DNA of 15,313 nt, from NCBI GenBank assembly GCA_964481585.1, contig CAYZVT010000072.1, positions 1-15,313 on the forward strand, given 5' to 3'. Origin of the DNA: an uncultured Pirellulales bacterium (GTDB taxonomy: Bacteria > Planctomycetota > Planctomycetia > Pirellulales > CAYZVT01). Both the position numbers and the translations under genes were made by a program. The notes beneath the pieces are model-generated. The model saw only the letters and a program-made list of their open reading frames with translations. It was not told the DNA's origin and did no database searches. Below are positions 12,568 through 15,313 of the stretch, piece after piece (within the stretch, counting starts at the first letter, position 1; every line of letters starts with the position of its first letter).

Positions 12568-15270
12568 TTGTCACGCGGTCGCTGCCCGTGGGTGCTGACG
12601 GTTCTGGCCGTGCTTTTCAGCGGCGGCGTGCTGCATGCGCAGTCCACGTTTCGCGAGGATTTTGAGGGGCCGGCGGCAAGCTGGAGCGTGGTGAGCAGCG
12701 ATGCCGCCTACCGCATCGCCGCTCAAAACCGCGTCCGGCAAGGAGCCTACTCGGGCGAGGCCTGTGAGCAGGTGCAACTGCTCGGCAACAACGGCTCGTT
12801 TGTTTATCTGGGGCATCCGATTCGCCGGGCACGGGTGATCCGCGAACTCGCGCCGAGCCTGTGGCTCAAGGCCGACCGGCCGGGGCTGCAAGTCTTTGCC
12901 CGTGCCGTGCTGCCGCGCACGGAAGACCCCCGCACCGGCAAGCCCGTCACCACGCTGCTGCCGGGCGACCGTTATCTCCAGCCGGGCCAGTGGCAACCGC
13001 TCGCGGTCCGCGACGTGCCGGGGCTGCTCGCCCGCCAAGTGCGCGTGCTGCGCAGCGAACTTGGCCCGCAGGTCGATCCGCGCGAGGCGTACATCGACCA
13101 ACTCCTGGTCAACATCTACGGCGGTCCCGGGCTGACAACGGTCTCGATCGACCGGCTCGAAGTGGCCGGCGTCGTCGAGCCGCAGCCCGGCGCGCACGCC
13201 TATCTGGCTGCCGCCTATGGGCAGCCCGCCACACAAAGCACCTTTAACGCGCCGGTCCGCCAGGTGCAGTTGCAAGGCGCGCTGCTCACGGTCGATGGCC
13301 GGCCCGTACTGCCGCGGATCATTCAGCATCGCGGCGAGCCGCTCGATGAATTGGCGCGGCTCGGCTTCAACGTCGTGCAACTCGCCGAGCCTGCCACCGC
13401 CGCGCTGCTGGCCGAAGCGCGGCGGCTGGGCATCTGGCTCATCGCTCCGCCGCCGAGCGTGGCGCAGCTGGAGCAAGCCGCGATCACGCCCCAGTACGAT
13501 GTGGTCATCGCTTGGAGTCTCGGCAGCCATTTGACGGGCGAGGATCTCCAGCGGGTGCGCGCGTTGGCCCGCGCGCTGCGCCGCCACGATCCGCGCGCCG
13601 GGCGTCCGCTGGTGGCCGACTGCCATTCCGATTTGCGCAGCTACAGCCGCATCGCGGACGTGCTGATCTTGGGGGGCAGCCCGATCGGTACGAGTTTGCA
13701 ACTGAGCGACTACCCGCAGTGGCTCACCGAGCGGACGCAGTTCGCGCGGCCCGGCACGCCGATTTGGTGCCGTATCCAAACCGACTACGATCCCGGCCTC
13801 ACCGCGCAGTGGCGCACGTTCGCCGGCGCGCCGGTGAGCGCGGCGCTCGACAGCGAGCAGATTCGCTTTCTCGTGTACGCTTCGCTCGCCGCCGGCGCGC
13901 GGGGCTTTGTGTTCGATTCGCACCGGCCGCTCAACACTTCCGATGCGACGACGGCCGAGCGGCGGCTGGCGCTGGAGATTGCCAACCTCGATCTGCGGCT
14001 CATCGAGCCGTGGGCCACGGGCGGCAGCACGCGCACCTCGGCGCATGCTTCCGATCCGAACGTGAGCGGCGCGATGATTCAAACCGAGCGGGCGCGGCTG
14101 CTCCTGCCGCTGTCGGCTTACCCGGACGATCAGTTCGTGCCGAACCGCCCCCCGGCCGGGCCGCTGGCGTTTGTCGTGCCGGGCGTGCCGGAGTCGAACA
14201 ACGCGTACGCACTCACGCCCGCGAGTTTGCCGCCGCTGCGGCATCAGCGCGTCACGGGCGGGATTCGCGTCACCCAAGAGCGCACCGATTCCAGTTCCAT
14301 GCTGCTCATGACGAGCGATGCCCACGTCATTAGCAGTTTGACCCGCGAAATCGCGCAGACGCGCCGCCGCGCGGCGGAACTCAAACGGCAGCAGGCGATG
14401 CAGCAGTTCGCCGCCGTGGAGCAAGTCCACCGGCGGCTCACCCCCGGCACGGTTGTCGCCGTGCAGTGCGACCGCTGGCTGGAAGAAGCGCGGGCGAGTC
14501 TTGCGCAGTGCCAAGTGCTTTGGGCGGCGAGCGATTTTTCCGGCGTCTACCGCGAGGCGCGGCGCACGCTCGGCGCGCTGGGCCGCGTGCAGCGGGCGCG
14601 CTGGAACGAATCGGTGGCGACGTGGCCGGCGAAGATCACCAGCCCGTTCTCGGTCACGTATGCCACGCTCCCGTACCACGCCCAGTTCGCCGACCGGCTG
14701 CGGCAGAGTCGCGTGCTGCCGTCGCGGCTGCCGGCGGGCGACATGGAGCGGCTCGACGAAATGCTCGCCGCCGGCTGGAAGCATGTCGAGCATCCCGTTC
14801 CCGGCGTGAGCACGAAGGTGGAGTTGTCGGTCAGTGAACCGCACAGCGGGCGCACCGCGCTGCGGCTGGCCGTGTGGCCGCACGAGGCGGAACAAGCCGT
14901 CACGGCTGTCGAAACCGCGCCCGTCTGGATCACGACCCCGCCGGTGACGCTCGAAGCGGGGCAATTGGTCCGCATTCGCGGCTGGGTCCGCGTCCCCCAG
15001 CCGATCACCGGCAGCCGCGACGGGCTGCTGATCGTCGATTCACTCAGCGGTCCGGCCTTGGCCCAGCGGGTGCGCGAAACGTCCGGCTGGCAAGAGTTCA
15101 CGCTCTACCGCTTCGCCCCCGAGTCCGGCCCGCTCATCGTCACCTTCGCTCTGACCGGCTTGGGCGAAGTCTATCTCGATGATCTCAGCATCGAGCCAAT
15201 CGAGCGCGCCGCGCGAGGTGCTGCCGCGCAAGCGCAGCGCCGACTCGCACCACGACTGCCGCAGCGCTAG
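12568..15270 (+). CDS. large secreted protein (about 900 aa) with N- and C-terminal CBM-like / galactose-binding-like jelly-roll regions flanking a possible glycoside-hydrolase-like core
   Basis: The ORF has no in-frame ATG near its 5' end. Candidate starts are GTG 12505, TTG 12508/12523 and TTG 12568. The TTG at 12568 is preferred because AGGGAG (12556-12561) lies 6 nt upstream and gives a clean signal peptide (LSRGRCPWVLTVLAVLFSGGVLHAQS). The N-terminal region (STFREDFEGPAASWSVV...GAYSGEACEQVQL) and C-terminal region (GWVRVPQPITGSRDGLLIVDS...IVTFALTGLGEVYLDDLSIEPIE) look like carbohydrate-binding beta-sandwiches. The middle (LARLGFNVVQLAEP...RRLGIWLIAPPP) weakly resembles a TIM-barrel glycoside-hydrolase-like fold. 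Stop TAG at 15268-15270. Confidence 0.7.
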   Translation: MSRGRCPWVLTVLAVLFSGGVLHAQSTFREDFEGPAASWSVVSSDAAYRIAAQNRVRQGAYSGEACEQVQLLGNNGSFVYLGHPIRRARVIRELAPSLWLKADRPGLQVFARAVLPRTEDPRTGKPVTTLLPGDRYLQPGQWQPLAVRDVPGLLARQVRVLRSELGPQVDPREAYIDQLLVNIYGGPGLTTVSIDRLEVAGVVEPQPGAHAYLAAAYGQPATQSTFNAPVRQVQLQGALLTVDGRPVLPRIIQHRGEPLDELARLGFNVVQLAEPATAALLAEARRLGIWLIAPPPSVAQLEQAAITPQYDVVIAWSLGSHLTGEDLQRVRALARALRRHDPRAGRPLVADCHSDLRSYSRIADVLILGGSPIGTSLQLSDYPQWLTERTQFARPGTPIWCRIQTDYDPGLTAQWRTFAGAPVSAALDSEQIRFLVYASLAAGARGFVFDSHRPLNTSDATTAERRLALEIANLDLRLIEPWATGGSTRTSAHASDPNVSGAMIQTERARLLLPLSAYPDDQFVPNRPPAGPLAFVVPGVPESNNAYALTPASLPPLRHQRVTGGIRVTQERTDSSSMLLMTSDAHVISSLTREIAQTRRRAAELKRQQAMQQFAAVEQVHRRLTPGTVVAVQCDRWLEEARASLAQCQVLWAASDFSGVYREARRTLGALGRVQRARWNESVATWPAKITSPFSVTYATLPYHAQFADRLRQSRVLPSRLPAGDMERLDEMLAAGWKHVEHPVPGVSTKVELSVSEPHSGRTALRLAVWPHEAEQAVTAVETAPVWITTPPVTLEAGQLVRIRGWVRVPQPITGSRDGLLIVDSLSGPALAQRVRETSGWQEFTLYRFAPESGPLIVTFALTGLGEVYLDDLSIEPIERAARGAAAQAQRRLAPRLPQR

Positions 15271-15293
15271 AATAAGACGCCAAGTGCCTTTGC

Positions 15294-15313
15294 GGCCGGG
15301 TGGCGGGGGCGCA
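15294..15313 (+). repeat. G-rich post-stop motif (copy 2, truncated by window end)
   Basis: It matches 9686-9708 with a small indel. At 9686 the motif is the leading edge of the composite repeat element. Confidence 0.55.

Noticed and set aside
12571-14964. 797-aa ORF antisense to the large secreted-protein gene
   Set aside because: Extremely Arg/Pro/Gly-rich with no signal peptide or domain. The sense-strand ORF has a signal peptide and structured domains.
1-15313. Search for tRNA or rRNA genes, transposase, integrase or a known defence module
   Set aside because: No T-loop-like GGTTCGAATCC-type sequences in a tRNA-sized context were seen. No DDE or tyrosine-recombinase-like ORF is present. 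No nuclease/ATPase/helicase gene cluster of the kind typical for defence systems was found. The gene content looks like core envelope and housekeeping.

Overview
This is a GC-rich bacterial chromosomal segment. Its gene content resembles Planctomycetota or Verrucomicrobiota: many Sec/Tat-type secreted proteins, a LamG-fold protein, a eukaryotic-like Ser/Thr kinase and weak Shine-Dalgarno sites. The phylum guess is inference only. I can support 12 protein-coding genes. They are a secreted hypothetical protein; a secreted LamG-domain protein with an internal tandem duplication; a polysaccharide pyruvyl-transferase-family protein; endonuclease III; two tiny membrane proteins; a translationally coupled NfeD/flotillin operon; a DUF72 protein; a Ser/Thr kinase fused to a pseudo-receiver domain; a small coiled-coil protein; and a 900-aa secreted protein with CBM-like ends. 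I see no transposase, integrase, CRISPR array, tRNA or rRNA, and no recognisable defence, toxin or secretion-system module. The most unusual signal is non-coding. A family of 29-nt palindromic modules (GGGTGCC + CACTGCTGG-N5-CCAGCAGTG) occurs as inverted pairs at three intergenic 3'-end junctions, with a second hairpin module that shares the GGCACCC flank. One copy is bracketed by a 19-bp direct repeat that contains the stop codons of both neighbouring convergent genes. A G-rich motif after stop codons suggests another copy just past the window end. Other observations include a 19-bp perfect inverted repeat in the leader of a non-ATG-start gene, an identical AGGGAGTCCC 10-mer in front of two start codons, clustered simple-sequence repeats around the first gene, and a kinase-linked receiver domain whose phospho-Asp is replaced by Ser. 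Many long ORFs in the supplied track are antisense or repeat-translation artefacts and were rejected.
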